From assembly GCA_964270895.1 (NCBI GenBank), contig OZ185448.1: a stretch of DNA of 64,000 nucleotides; one strand, 5' to 3'. Positions within the stretch are counted from its first letter, which is position 1, and each line of letters begins with the position of its first letter. A model generated the notes under the pieces. It was not told where the DNA came from. It saw nothing but the letters and a program-made list of their open reading frames with translations, and ran no database searches. Of this stretch, positions 35,831 through 47,447 are shown piece by piece. The position numbers and the translations under genes were made by a program. This DNA comes from Podarcis filfolensis (lineage: Eukaryota).

Positions 35831-36426
35831 TACATGCAGTTCTGGTCAGGAAAGCCTTCCTGGCCTTTGACCTAAAGACTGAGAGTTTAAAATGATTTCT
35901 TCTTGTTGTGTAGCCAGTGCTCATGTCCTCCCTCTCCTTCCTGAATTGTAGCGAAGTATTTCAGAACTGGTGAGGGCAGCAGCAGCAATACAGATCCTTC
36001 CTTAAACTGCTGATTGATTGATTGGAGGCTCAACCGACTGACTGGAGGCTCACTATTTCCCTCCAAGGCCCCCTTTCAACTGCATCTTTCTAAGATGCTC
36101 TGTCCCTCCTCCCCCCCCCCCCGATTTATTTATAGGCCATTGGCGGATGGTAGAGGAGATGGAATGCTGGTCTCCAGAAATAAAATGCTTTCCTCTCTCT
36201 GGTAACTGTAAGCATTGCATGCACCAAAGGGCTCTGCTAATCTGTTGATATTTTAAAATTAAAATTGCTTCGTATCCTGCATCTTTGGAAAGAGAGGAGT
36301 GTGTGTGTGTGTGTGAGTGTGTGTGTGTGTGAGTGTGTGTGTGTGTGTGAGAGAGAACTCTACACAAACAAACCCAAGTGCCAACTGTTTCACACAATCA
36401 TGTTCATTAGTGACACTTTTAAGTTA

Positions 36427-36652
36427 CAGTGGTACCTCTGGTTACATACTTAATTCGTTCCGGAGGTCTGTTCTTAACCTGAAACTGTTCTTAACCTGAA
36501 GCACCACTTTAGCTAATGGGGCCTCCTGCTGCTGCCGCGCCGCCAGAGCACAATTTCTGTTCTCATCCTGAAGAAAAGTTCTTAACCCAAGGTACTATTT
36601 CTGGGTTAGTGGAGTCTGTAACCTGAAGCGTATGTAACCCGAGGTACCACTG
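36427..36652 (-). mobile_element. Tc1/mariner MITE, same family
   Basis: CAGTGGTACCTC...GAGGTACCACTG, TA TSD, opposite orientation. Confidence 0.9.
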
Positions 36653-37399
36653 TATTATGTGCTTGCTTGAGCATGCTAACACGTTTCTCATGTATCAGCT
36701 GATAGTGAAGAGGTTGCATTCTTACCCCAGGAAGCTTGTGGGGCTTCCCACTGAGACATCTGGTTGGCCACTGTCAGAACAGGATGCTGAGCTTGATCTG
36801 CCCTTGGCCTGATCCAGCTGCAGGGCTCTTATTAGGTTCTTATGAGCATCAGACAAATTTATGGAGGTAAGGGCTACCCATGCCTCCTAGCCATGAGGGC
36901 TGTGCTACCACTGTAGCAGGTAGGTTGCCTCTGAAAACCAGTTGCTGGAGAACACAAGTGGTTGTGTTGTTTTCGGTCCTGCTTGTGAGCTTCCTGTCGG
37001 GGCAGGATGCAAGGCTAGGTGTACCTTGGCTTGATCCAGCAGGGATCCTCTTACATCCTTCTGCTGTATCTGTGAAGGACTTTATCAGGTGTGTGGAATG
37101 GACCCCTGTTGGACATCCCAGGTATGCTTGGGTGTGCTTGAGTGTTGCACAAGATCATGCTTATATACCTAAGTGCAACAGACCAAGTTAAATGGGAAGG
37201 GTCAGGCCTCCAGAGGTCAAGCCAGGGATGGCCCCAGTTACTAGAATGGACAACGTCTGGCTGAAGGCTGAAGAAAGGCTGATGTACTGATCTTGGCCAA
37301 TCAGAAATAACAGTGCATGGGCTGCAGACGTAATCAGAATATCTACCAGGCCCAAAACACAAGGTCCACAGTCTGGAGAAGACTGAATCTGGTCTCACC

Positions 37400-37829
37400 C
37401 AGGGCTGGATTTAGGTTTGATGAGGCCCTAAGCGACTGAAGGTAATGGGGCCTTTTATATGTCCCGCTGTCCTTTGTCAACAACAAATTGTTGCTGTTTT
37501 TGTGTTGAATATATATTATATGGTAATTTATGGACCTAATAGGTATCGAAAGCCATTTGCACATGCAGAATGTAGGCACCCTATATATAGAAATGAGCAA
37601 ACCAGTGATATTTTAGGGAGCAGGCTAGCAGGCGGGGCCCCTTCCTTACATCATAGGAGCCTACACAACACAAAACACTGTTGCTGTATGTAGGCTTTAT
37701 TTTATTATTTTTTTATCTTAGATTTTGGAAATGTACATCCAGGTTTTTTCCTTTAATTTTTTGGGGGGCTCCCAAGAGAGTGGGGCCCTAAGCTATAGCT
37801 TGTTTAGCTTATACGTATATCCGGCACTG
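37400..37829. mobile_element. hAT-type non-autonomous element, 430 bp
   Basis: Imperfect TIR CAGGGCTGGATTTA / TATATCCGGCACTG; 8-bp TSD GTCTCACC (37392-37399, 37830-37837). Confidence 0.8.
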
Positions 37830-38420
37830 GTCTCACCACGAAAGGTAGTTCATAATATGGTAGGAAAGGTGTAAATACCTGCAGTCCTTCCCTGATCTAG
37901 GATTAGCTTTTGTTACTTTGTCATGTGACGGCATTTATTTATATGTCTATCCATTGCATTTATACCCCACTTTTTTCTCTCCAAGGAGCTCAAGGTGGCA
38001 TACATAGTTCCTCCCCCTCTTCATTTAATCCTCACAACAAGGTAGGTAGACTGGGCTGAGAGAGGAAGTGTCCGACCCAGTGAACTTCATGACCGCGTGG
38101 TGATTTGAACCCTGGTCTCCCAAGCCCTAGCCCAACACTCTGACCCCTGCACCACACTGGCTCTCTAGAAACGAGAAACATACACTACAGCCAGAATGCA
38201 AGGCTCCGTTATTTGAGTCTCTCTCAGCTTTGCTGAGCGACAGCTTCTTTCAAGAATTCTTTTCCCCTGTCAAATGTGAAAGTTGCTATGTCCTGCAAGA
38301 GTAAGACCAATGTCAACCTTTTTTCACTCAAACCCCACTGCTGATGTCTCAGGTGGGGGGTGAGGGCAGTTGTGCTCATTCAAGCCTTCACTATTGAGAA
38401 TGTCATGTTTTATACAGATA

Positions 38421-38640
38421 CAGTGGTACCTCGGGTTAAGAACTTAATTCGTTCTGGAGGTCCGTCCTGAAACTGTTCTTAACCTGAAGCACCACTTTAG
38501 CTAATGGGGCCTCCTGCTGCCACCTCGCCACTGGAGCATGATTTCTGTTCTCATCCTGAAGCAAAGTTCTTAACCCGAGGTACTATTTATGGGTTAGCAG
38601 AGTCTGTAACCTGAAGCATCTGTAACCCGAGGTACCACTG
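38421..38640 (-). mobile_element. Tc1/mariner MITE, same family
   Basis: TIRs and TA TSD. Confidence 0.9.
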
Positions 38641-39104
38641 TAAAATGTGGCAATTGGACTGCAAACTGCTACCTGGTTATGGGTCTTTCACATTTCCACT
38701 TACTGGCTGTATAAACCACCCTTTGCCAATCTGGTGCCCTCCAGACATTTTGGATTCCAGCTTCCATCAAATGCAGCAATGACACTGCTCTAGGGGGCTG
38801 GATCCGGTGGGAGTTATAGTTCAAAACCTCTGGAGGCAGAGCATAGCCATTGTGGCGTGTGACCATGGAGAGCCTTCTCCTCCTCCAGAATCTGCCCAGT
38901 CCTCTTTTAAAGCCATCCAGGTTGGTGGCCACCACTGTCTCCTGAGGAAGGGAGTTCCGTAGTTTAACTGTTTGCTGTGTGAAGAGAGTTGCAGTCCAGC
39001 AACCAAAGCTTCCCCATGTCTGGTGTAGGCTGTTTGCTGAGCTAGATGACCTGACTCAGGTTGAAGCAGCCTACTATGGGTGCAGCCAGGATTTTTGTTA
39101 GGGG

Positions 39105-39450
39105 TTGTTGTTGTTTAGTCATTTAGTCGTGTCCGACTCTTCGTGACCCCATGGACCAGAGCACGCCAGGCACTCCTGTCTTCCACTGCCTCCTGCAGTT
39201 TGGTCAAACTCATGCTGGTAGCTTCGCAAACACTGTCCAACCATTTCGTCCTCTGTCATCCCCTTCTCCTTATGCCCTCAATCTTTCCCAACATCAGGGA
39301 GTCTTCTCTTCTCATGAGGTGGCCAAAGTATTGGAGCCTCAGCTTCAGGATCTGTCCTTCCAGTGAGCACTCAGGGCTGATTTCCTTAAGAATGGAGAGG
39401 TTTGTTCTTCTTGCAGTCCATGGGACTCTCAAGAGTCTCCTCCAGCACCA
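39105..39450 (-). mobile_element. BovB/RTE LINE 3' fragment
   Basis: gttgttgtttagtc...gtccgactcttcgtgaccccatggacc 3' end with (CAA)n tail; 11-bp TSD TTTGTTAGGGG (39094-39104, 39451-39461). Confidence 0.85.
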
Positions 39451-39833
39451 TTTGTTAGGGGAGGGGCAGGCTTTTGTTGTGGGGGGGGGCAGAACCTCAG
39501 ATTTGGAGCTTGATTGACGGCTACGTCCATGCAACCTCTTAGGCTTTTGATAAGGAGCACCACAGCCTATCAGTCTATAAGCCCTCTTGTTCTCACACTG
39601 TTGAAATGTCACCTCGCTGAGGCATTAACCACCCAACTATTGGAATGTGCATAATTATTGATAATTATACAATTTGTTGCTGATTGTGGTTTCTGGTATA
39701 TATTTTAATTAGCTTCTGAAATTCTCATTAAGTAAAATGAAACATTAATAGGAAAAATATGGTGCCATTAAAAACCCGGAACGAACAACTGTGCCCATCG
39801 GATGGTGAATTAATTTAGTTCCGCATCGCAAGC

Positions 39834-39847
39834 CTGCCATCTAGTGG
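39834..39847 (-). promoter_or_regulatory. CTCF motif (reverse)
   Basis: Minus strand CCACTAGATGGCAG, with upstream-module-like CGCAATTGT 18 bp before the core. Confidence 0.7.
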
Positions 39848-39912
39848 GCGCAAGAGACAATTGCGGGCTCCCGCGGAATGCGAAGGCTCTCCCGAATCCC
39901 TCCTTGCACGTT

Positions 39913-40270
39913 TGAATCATTGAATCATAGAATCATAGAATCATAGAATCATAGAATCATAGAATCATAGAGTTGGAAGAGACCACAAGGGCCATCGAGT
40001 CCAACCCCCTGCCAAGCAGGAAACACCATCAGAGCACTCCTGACATATGGTTGTCAAGCCTCTGCTTAAAGACCTCCAAAGAAGGAGACTCCACCACACT
40101 CCTTGGCAGCAAATTCCACTGTTGAACAGCTCTTACTGTCAGGAAGTTCTTCCTAATGTTTAGGTGGAATCTTCTTTCTTGTAGTTTGGATCCATTGCTC
40201 CGTGTCCGCTTCTCTGGAGCAGCAGAAAACAACCTTTCTCCCTCCTCTATGTGACATCCTTTTATATTTG
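39913..40270 (-). mobile_element. CR1 LINE 3' fragment, same young subfamily as 60789-61940
   Basis: (ATCATAGA)n tail and near identity to 61600-61940. Confidence 0.92.
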
Positions 40271-41611
40271 CTCGAACTCACCCCGCAACAGGGCTTAATT
40301 TTACTAGAGGCAATGGAATTTTTGCTCAGGGAAGGAAAATGTAGCCAAACACCGTTTGTCTGATGTTTCTCGGGGGTCTGGATTAGAGATAGTGCAGACT
40401 GAAAAGGGGTTTCGGGGCTGAAATTAAACCCTGGTCAAGGGTTGTGGCTTCTATGCGGGTTTTTTTTTGCAGCCAAGCGCTGGGGAAGGGCTGTGGTTCA
40501 ATGGCAGAGCACCATTCTATGCAGGAGGCCCGAAATTCAACCCCCGGCTTCTCCAGGGGCTGCCAGTCTGAGCAGGTAACAGTGTAACCGGAGCCAGTAG
40601 TCAGTTTCTGATGTAGGTAGCTTCTTGCTGCTATATACCGGTAACCCACAGTCTTGCATAAGAGCCATTCTGAGAGCTCTCTGTTAAGGGAGAGGTCATT
40701 ATGCTACAGTTGCCAACTGCTTGGAAAAAGCGACCCTATTTGCTCTTGTGCAGAGTTGCTGCAGAGTTCAGCAAATCAATCTTTTCATGGCATCGCAATC
40801 AGCCTTGTCAGCTGCTAATCATGTGTGCAGACCAAGCTGCTGCTTAAAGGCACTGGAGCAGGGGCTGGTAAATACGTTGGCAACTCCCCGCAGCAATATG
40901 ACAAATGAGTTAACAAAGCACCCATTTATTTGAATTTTATTTCAACATAACCACCTGCTCAAACGATAATTCTGTGCAGGGTGCCAAAGCTTATGAAAAT
41001 ATGAGAGTTCAAATTAAAATTTTCAAAAAAGCAAAAATGAAACACCAACCCAACTGTTATGTGGGATTAGTATTTTCACACCACTTAGCTCTCATTAAAA
41101 TGCACTTTGCTGACTGTAAGATGCAGTTTCAAATGACACAACATATTAAGTGCTTAATATACTAGAAATTATGAAACTGATCTACTCTGTGCAATATGAA
41201 ATAATTAGAGGGAATGAGACGTCAGCGGCTGAATGAAGGAAGACCGGCACTGCCAAGCGCCTTCGAACAGCTGGAGGGAGATGGCAGACCCTGGAAAAGA
41301 AATGAAATGAAGAGCTAGCAAGAGAGGGGACGCTCAAATCATTGTCCTGACACCAAAGTAAAAAGCACTTCAGTCAGACTGGCCTGTCTCTGAAGTTGTA
41401 ATAAATTCAAGATCTAGGGTAAGGATGAGAGAAAGCGAGGGTGTCCATGGATTAATTGCTACTAGCATAAGAACATAAGAAGAGCCTGCAGGATCAGGCC
41501 AATGGCCCATCCAGTCTCACAGTGGCCAACCAGATGCCTCTGGGAAGCGGGACCGGAACACAGGAGCACTCTCTCCTCTTGTGGCTTCTAGCAACTGGTA
41601 CTCAGAAACAC

Positions 41612-41727
41612 TTAGGCAAACTCGGCCCTCCAGATGTTTTGGGACTCCCGAGCTAGCAGGACCAGTGGTCTGGGTGATGGGAATTGTAGTCTCAAAACAT
41701 CTGGAGGGCTGAGTTTGCCTATGCCTG
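41612..41727. mobile_element. hAT (Charlie-like) MITE; decayed relatives near 19790-19890, 20330-20490, 27780-27910, 29150-29240, 51870-52060
   Basis: Same TIR as 59671; shared ggactacaactcccatca core. Confidence 0.7.
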
Positions 41728-41742
41728 CACTTGGGTCTCCAG

Positions 41743-42154
41743 TGTCAGGAGTGCGTGCAGGAGCCAGGCCCTGTGACTGGGAGGGCCTCGCAGGACTGGG
41801 GCCTTCCTGAGTTTGGTCTGGAAGGGCAAGGCGCGGCCACACAGGTGAGGCTTGACAGAAGACTCGTAGCACTGGGTGGCAAGGGCTGGGAGGGATATAT
41901 AAGACTAGCATTTCCCTCTGGCTCTTTGCCTCAACAACACGCTACCCACCTAGCTGTGCTTTGGCTTCCTGACTCTTGGACCCTTGGCTTCCTGACTCCT
42001 GGTTTCCTGAACCTTGGACTCTTGGCTTCCTGACTCATGGCTTCCTGACCCCTGGACTGCTGAGCCTGGACTGCTGATTCCTGCTTCCTGACCTCCACCC
42101 CGGTCCCAGTGTACCAAGCCGGGACTCCGACTGCCTGTAACCCGGACTGTGACA
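41743..42154 (+). mobile_element. Solo LTR (412 bp)
   Basis: TGTCA...TGACA termini, perfect 5-bp TSD TCCAG (41738-41742, 42155-42159), TATA-like GATATATAAG near 41905, internal GGCTTCCTGAC repeats. Confidence 0.85.
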
Positions 42155-42789
42155 TCCAGTTGCTTTTGGACTACAACTCCCATCATTCCAAGATAGCAAG
42201 ACCAAAGCAGATGGGCAGCTAAAAGAGATCTGGATGATTCAGGTGAGAGTCAAGTAGCCATATTTCTTGGCAGAAGGCCAAGCATATCCCCCTTCTCTGC
42301 CGCCAGCCCCAGCGTTACTGGCCAATTGCCAGGCATGGCAGTTGGTAGGATCCTCAGCATGATTCACCCCCGCCCACTGAGCTTCTCCTGGAAATACTTG
42401 TGAGGGTATCCCTAGTCCTGGTAATGCACCCTTCTCCCTGCAGCTATCATGTGCAATGTTCACAAAACAGCATCCAGCACAGAGAGCATCCTGCCTGGGG
42501 GTGTCACTGAACTGCAACTCCCATTAGCCTGAGCCATCAAGACCAATGGCCAGGGTTGATGGAAGCTGAAGTGCAGAAACACCTGGAGGCAGGAGAGCCA
42601 ACTCCTAGGGGCCAAGGTTCCTTTGCCCCCCCATAAAATATTTTAAGGGGGCTGGGTGACCCCAAGGTTGGTGGGCATTGCCATTCAAATGGTCCCATGT
42701 CATGTGATTTATGTGGGGGCAGGGCTTACCTACCCCCTCCAATATTTTATTCAGTTTGGCACCCCTGCCTGGAGGTTCCCCACACCTGC

Positions 42790-43170
42790 TTTATTTATTA
42801 TTTTTAAATGTATTTTTATTAAAGATTTTCTTGATTTACAAAGGTATGTGCAATGTCTCTCTCTTGTATTCCCCCCCATAACATTTTTTTTTTTTTTTTA
42901 CAAATCGGGTTCATTTGTTGAGACATGAGGAAGAATAGGGGGAAAGAAGTGGAGGGGGGGAGAGATGGGTGGGAGTGGGGTCAGGTGGTGATGTTTCTAT
43001 TTCACTTAATATATGTGGGGTTTTGTGTCAGCGTTGCTTGTGCAGGTTCTCTGCTGTTCACTTGTGCTCCTTTGGTGGTGAGAGAGGTTGGGGTTGGCCT
43101 AGGATGTGGCTGTTCATTTGTGGTTGGCTGTGGTGAGCTTTGTTTTCATGTGTGAGTGGGGGTGGGTGCC
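42790..43170 (-). mobile_element. L1-type 3' UTR fragment
   Basis: tttttattaaagattttcttgatttaca end shared with the 58217 insertion. Confidence 0.55.
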
Positions 43171-43385
43171 CCACACCTTATGTAATAATAGCAACTGGGG
43201 CAGCCTAGTTGTTAGCACCACCTGTGCAGGAATATGCTGCTGTAATAATAATAATAATAATAATAATAATTTTTTTAATTCATAGCCCACCCATCTGGCT
43301 GGGTTTCCCCCGCCACTCTGGACAGCTCACAACATATATAAAAACACAACAAAACATCAAACATTAAAAAACAAAATATCCTATA

Positions 43386-45155
43386 CAAGCAACAAACAAG
43401 CCAATAGATCAATAGAAACCGACAACAATAACAGTTATACCCAAATTAAAATAACGGCCAACCCCAACTAAACATTTAACTAACACCAATTCAACAAAAA
43501 TGAAACAGAGAAATCAAAATTAGAACTGTTTAAAATATTTTTGCCAGTTGCCCCAACCCAAGAGTTGTTCCAGCAATGTCCCTCCAGCCTCTCAGGAGAC
43601 TTTTAGCTGTTCAAGGTGAGTCTGGGCCCCGCCCCCTAGGCCAGTGAAAATGGGCCTTGCAGCAGGGAGCAGCTCTTCCTTCCAGCTTCCCCTTAGTTGA
43701 ATTTGATTGCATATCCTTATAACGGTTTTCCAAATCCCAATTTTAATACCCTTTAAATTAAACATTAACATATTTAAATCTTCTCCTTCTTGTATTAAAC
43801 ATATTATTTTATCAGTTAACATAGATACAATCCTAAGCCCTTTAAGTATCTGGACGCTATTTCCAGTTATTTTAGCTTAACAAATTTAACTAAATAATCA
43901 TTAAATTTCTTCCATTCTTCGTGGTGTTCCTCCTCCTTCTGGTCGCAGACTCTTCCGGTTAGATCGGCTAGCTCCATACTATCCATCATCTTCATCTGCC
44001 ATTCTTCTACTGTTGGTAATTCTTGAGTTTTCCACGTTTTAGCTAACAAAATACGAGCCACAGTTGTGGCATACAAAAATAGATTAACATCTTTCTTGGG
44101 CAATTCTGAACCTGTTATTCCAAGAAGAAAGGCCTCTGGTTTCTTTATAAATGTATATTTCAACATTTTTTTCAATTCATTATAAATCTTTTCCCAGAAG
44201 TCTTTCACCTTGGAGCAGGTCCACCACATATGAAAGAATGTTCCTTCCTTTTCTTTACATTTCCAACATGTATTATCACAATTATGATACATCTTTGCTA
44301 ATTTTACAGGGGTCAAATACCATCTATACATCATTTTCATAATATTTTCCTTTAACAAAGTACATGTGGTGAACTTCACCCCTTTCTTCCACAATCTTTC
44401 CCAGTCCTCAAACATTATGTTATGTCCTAAATCTCTTGCCCAATCTATCATCACCGATTTAACTTGTTCATCTTTCGTATGCCAGTCCAGCAAAAGCTTG
44501 TACATTTTAGATAAGTTTTTACCTTCAGTATCTAACAACTCCATCTCCAACTTAGATTTTTCCAAGGCAAAACCATTTTTCTTATCCAGTTTATACAATT
44601 CGTTAATCTGGTGGTAATGTAGCCAATTTAGCTTATCTTTAATTTGCTCAAATGGTCTTAATTTATAACCTTCCTCTTCCTCTATTAATAAGTCATAATA
44701 TCTCAACCATTTGGTATCCATATTTAATTTTTTCTGGGCCTTTGCCTCCATTGGTGAAAGCCATCTGGGTGTCTTTCTTTCTAAAAGGTCTTTGTATTTT
44801 ATCCAAACAGTATACAACAATTTCCTAATTATATGATTTTTAAATGCTTTATGGGCTTTTACTTTATCATACCACAAATATGCATGCCAACCAAACACAT
44901 TATCAAATCCCTCCAAATCTAGTAAATCTGTATCTTCTAATTTCATCCATTCTTTAATCCAACAAAGTGCGGCAGCTTCAAAATAGATTTTTAAGTCTGG
45001 CAGAGAGAATCCCCCTCTTTCTTTGGAATCCGTAAGTAATTTGTATTTAATTCTGGGTTTCCTCCCCTGCCAGATAAATCTAGAAAGAGCTTTTTGCCAT
45101 TCTTTAAAACTTTTCACATTGTCTATAATTGGGGGGGCTTGAAACAAAAAAAGCA
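43386..45155 (-). mobile_element. L1-clade LINE, 5'-truncated (ORF2 C-terminal region intact, plus 3' UTR)
   Basis: Open frame 45155 to 43867: LFLFQAPPII, FIWQGRKPRI, GGFSLPDL and the Cys motif CWKCKEKEGTFFHMWWTC typical of L1 ORF2. The lower boundary is approximate. Confidence 0.88.
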
Positions 45156-45240
45156 CTGAAGCAAAGTTCTTAACCCAAGGTACTATTTCTGGGTTAGCGG
45201 AGTCTGTAACCTGAAGCATCTGTAACCTGAGGTATCACTG
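45156..45240 (-). mobile_element. Half Tc1/mariner MITE abutting the L1 5' truncation
   Basis: Only one TIR-bearing end (…acctgaggtatcactg) is present. Confidence 0.8.
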
Positions 45241-46225
45241 TGTATAGCAGGGTCCCTTCTAACTCTACAGTTCTATGATTCTATGAAAAGGGCCCAGACT
45301 TCTATAGGAATCTCCTGCTACAAGGGAGTCAAGAAGCCTCAGGTCTTCCAGAGTTGTCTGCCGCAGAGCCCCCCAAGTCAGATGATGGCAGCACCACATC
45401 CTTGGGCTGGGAGGGAGGGAGGTCCTGGTTTCACAGGTTCATTGAGGAGCAGTGGCCTTGAGTAGGACTGACCCCCCCCATGCCTTTCCTCTTCAGCTTC
45501 AGAGTTCTCACCTCCAGCATCAGATGAGGAGGAATTTGGTTCCTCTTCCCAGGTAACTACCCCTCGCCCTTTGCACTTGGCTGGCACACCATCCTCATGG
45601 GGTAAACGTTATTTATTTGAATTGTTTGCCACAGTAATTGGGTGTTTCAAACTTTTATTTACTGATTACCTTTATATCTCACAAAGGTGTTCAAGGTGGC
45701 AGGCACGAAGTTTTAGGAGACTATTTTTTTTTTTAAATGAAGCTGGAAGTGGTCTTTGATCTCTGCTCTGGGTTCTCAGGTTGCCTGATGGCAACAGTAT
45801 TTGCTCCTCGGGTTTTTATTAAGCTTCAGTTTGTGGGAGCTTTGTTTTAGAGAGAAAGGTGACACACTGATGTATCAGATTAGACAGATTCCTGAATAAG
45901 TAAGTAAATTTGGCTATGCTTACTGGAGCTGCGCCCCATAATACTAGGTTGTCAGAGACTGATATAGGCATCAGTTGGGGGTCAAAATAAATTCAGGAGG
46001 ATAAGGCCTGATGGGACAGGGCTGCTCAGTGACAGAACATCTGCCTTGCATGCTGAACGTCCTGGGTTCAATCCCTGCTGGCATTTCCAGATAAAGTTGG
46101 GAGAGACTCTGAAACCTAGAGAGCTGCTGCCAGTCTGTGTAGACAATACTGGGGTTGATGGCCCAACAGCTCAATAGAAGGCGGCTTCTATTTTCAGAAA
46201 GGAAGCACTGCATGCTCGTAGTTGC

Positions 46226-46239
46226 CCACTAGGGGGCGC
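46226..46239 (+). promoter_or_regulatory. CTCF motif (forward)
   Basis: CCACTAGGGGGCGC, with TGCATGCTC starting 17 bp upstream (46209). Confidence 0.75.
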
Positions 46240-47186
46240 TGCACCCTAAACGAATGAGCAGAAGCAGTGAAGCTGAATAGGAATGGTGGTATTTTCCACT
46301 GGCCAGTTTGACCCACAAGTGTGGATTAAGATGGAGTGGTTTAAGCTTGGAATCTGCTGCATGCATGCAACAGGGGGGTTCTGGCCCTGACCTAAGACCC
46401 CTTCCAAAGCACCAGGCTAGAGCTGGCACACGAAGGCATAAGGAGCAGTGTCATTCCAAGAAGACTGCTGTCAGAGTGCTGCTGATAAGGGCAATCTAGG
46501 GCATAGCCAGAGAGCAGTTGCAGCCAGGCCCTGAAGCGTAAGGAATTAAGGTGCAGTGAGTAAGCTGCCAAAGTCCACAGGTGGGCAGTCCGTCTGAAGG
46601 GGGCTGACTGATCTCTGGTTTTCAAATTTTGATATATATCACCAGCTGAACATCTTGATATATCACAATGTCTGAAATAAGCTATGGAGTAGCTATGTAG
46701 AGGCATTGGCCAGCTTCAGGGTTTCCCCCTCATTGTGATTTCTCCACAGCACGATATATTGCGATATATTGCTAGGTCAGAAATTAAGAAACCAATGTCA
46801 CGATATGGATTTCAAACCGGTTTTGGACGATATATTGATATATCACCCAGCCCTAGTTAGGAGTGCAGTCCTAGACTGTGGATTCTTAACTATCTCTTAC
46901 CAATCTCTTAATCTTTTATCACACAACTGCACAGTTAAAGAAACACAAACCTTGCTATTGTCAACTGACTCCACAGATAAACCTAGTCTTAATCTCCAGC
47001 CCAATAATTCATTTGCCTTTTCTCACCCAACTAATTTCTTCTTCATCAGTTTGCGTCTGATTCTCCAAAGGTCCTTATCTTTATAATCCCATCATTGACA
47101 AAGGTTTGCAAATGATCACACAACAGAAGCTGAGGACGTGACCACTGCCTTTGGCAACAGAGTTGGTAGGTTTCTTGCTCTCTGGA

Positions 47187-47447
47187 AGCCAGTGTAGTGT
47201 AGTGGTTAAGAGTGGTAGATTCGTAATCTGGGGAACCGGGTTCGATTCCCCGCTCCTCCACATGCAGCTGCTGGGTGACCTTGGGCTAGTCACACTTCTT
47301 CGAAGTCTCTCAGCCCCACTCACCTCACAGAGTGTTTGTTGTGGGGGAGGAAGGGAAAGGAGAATGTTAGCCGCTTTGAGACTCCTTTGGGTAGTGATAA
47401 AGCGGGATATCAAATCCAAACTCTTCTTCTTCCTCTTCTTCTCTCTT
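47187..47447 (+). mobile_element. Squam3-like SINE
   Basis: Highly similar to the 26467 copy. Confidence 0.85.

Noticed and set aside
39913-39970. (ATCATAGA)n array and Squam3/MITE multi-copy repeats as CRISPR-like arrays
   Set aside because: Eukaryotic DNA; no unique spacers; explained as a LINE tail and dispersed TEs.
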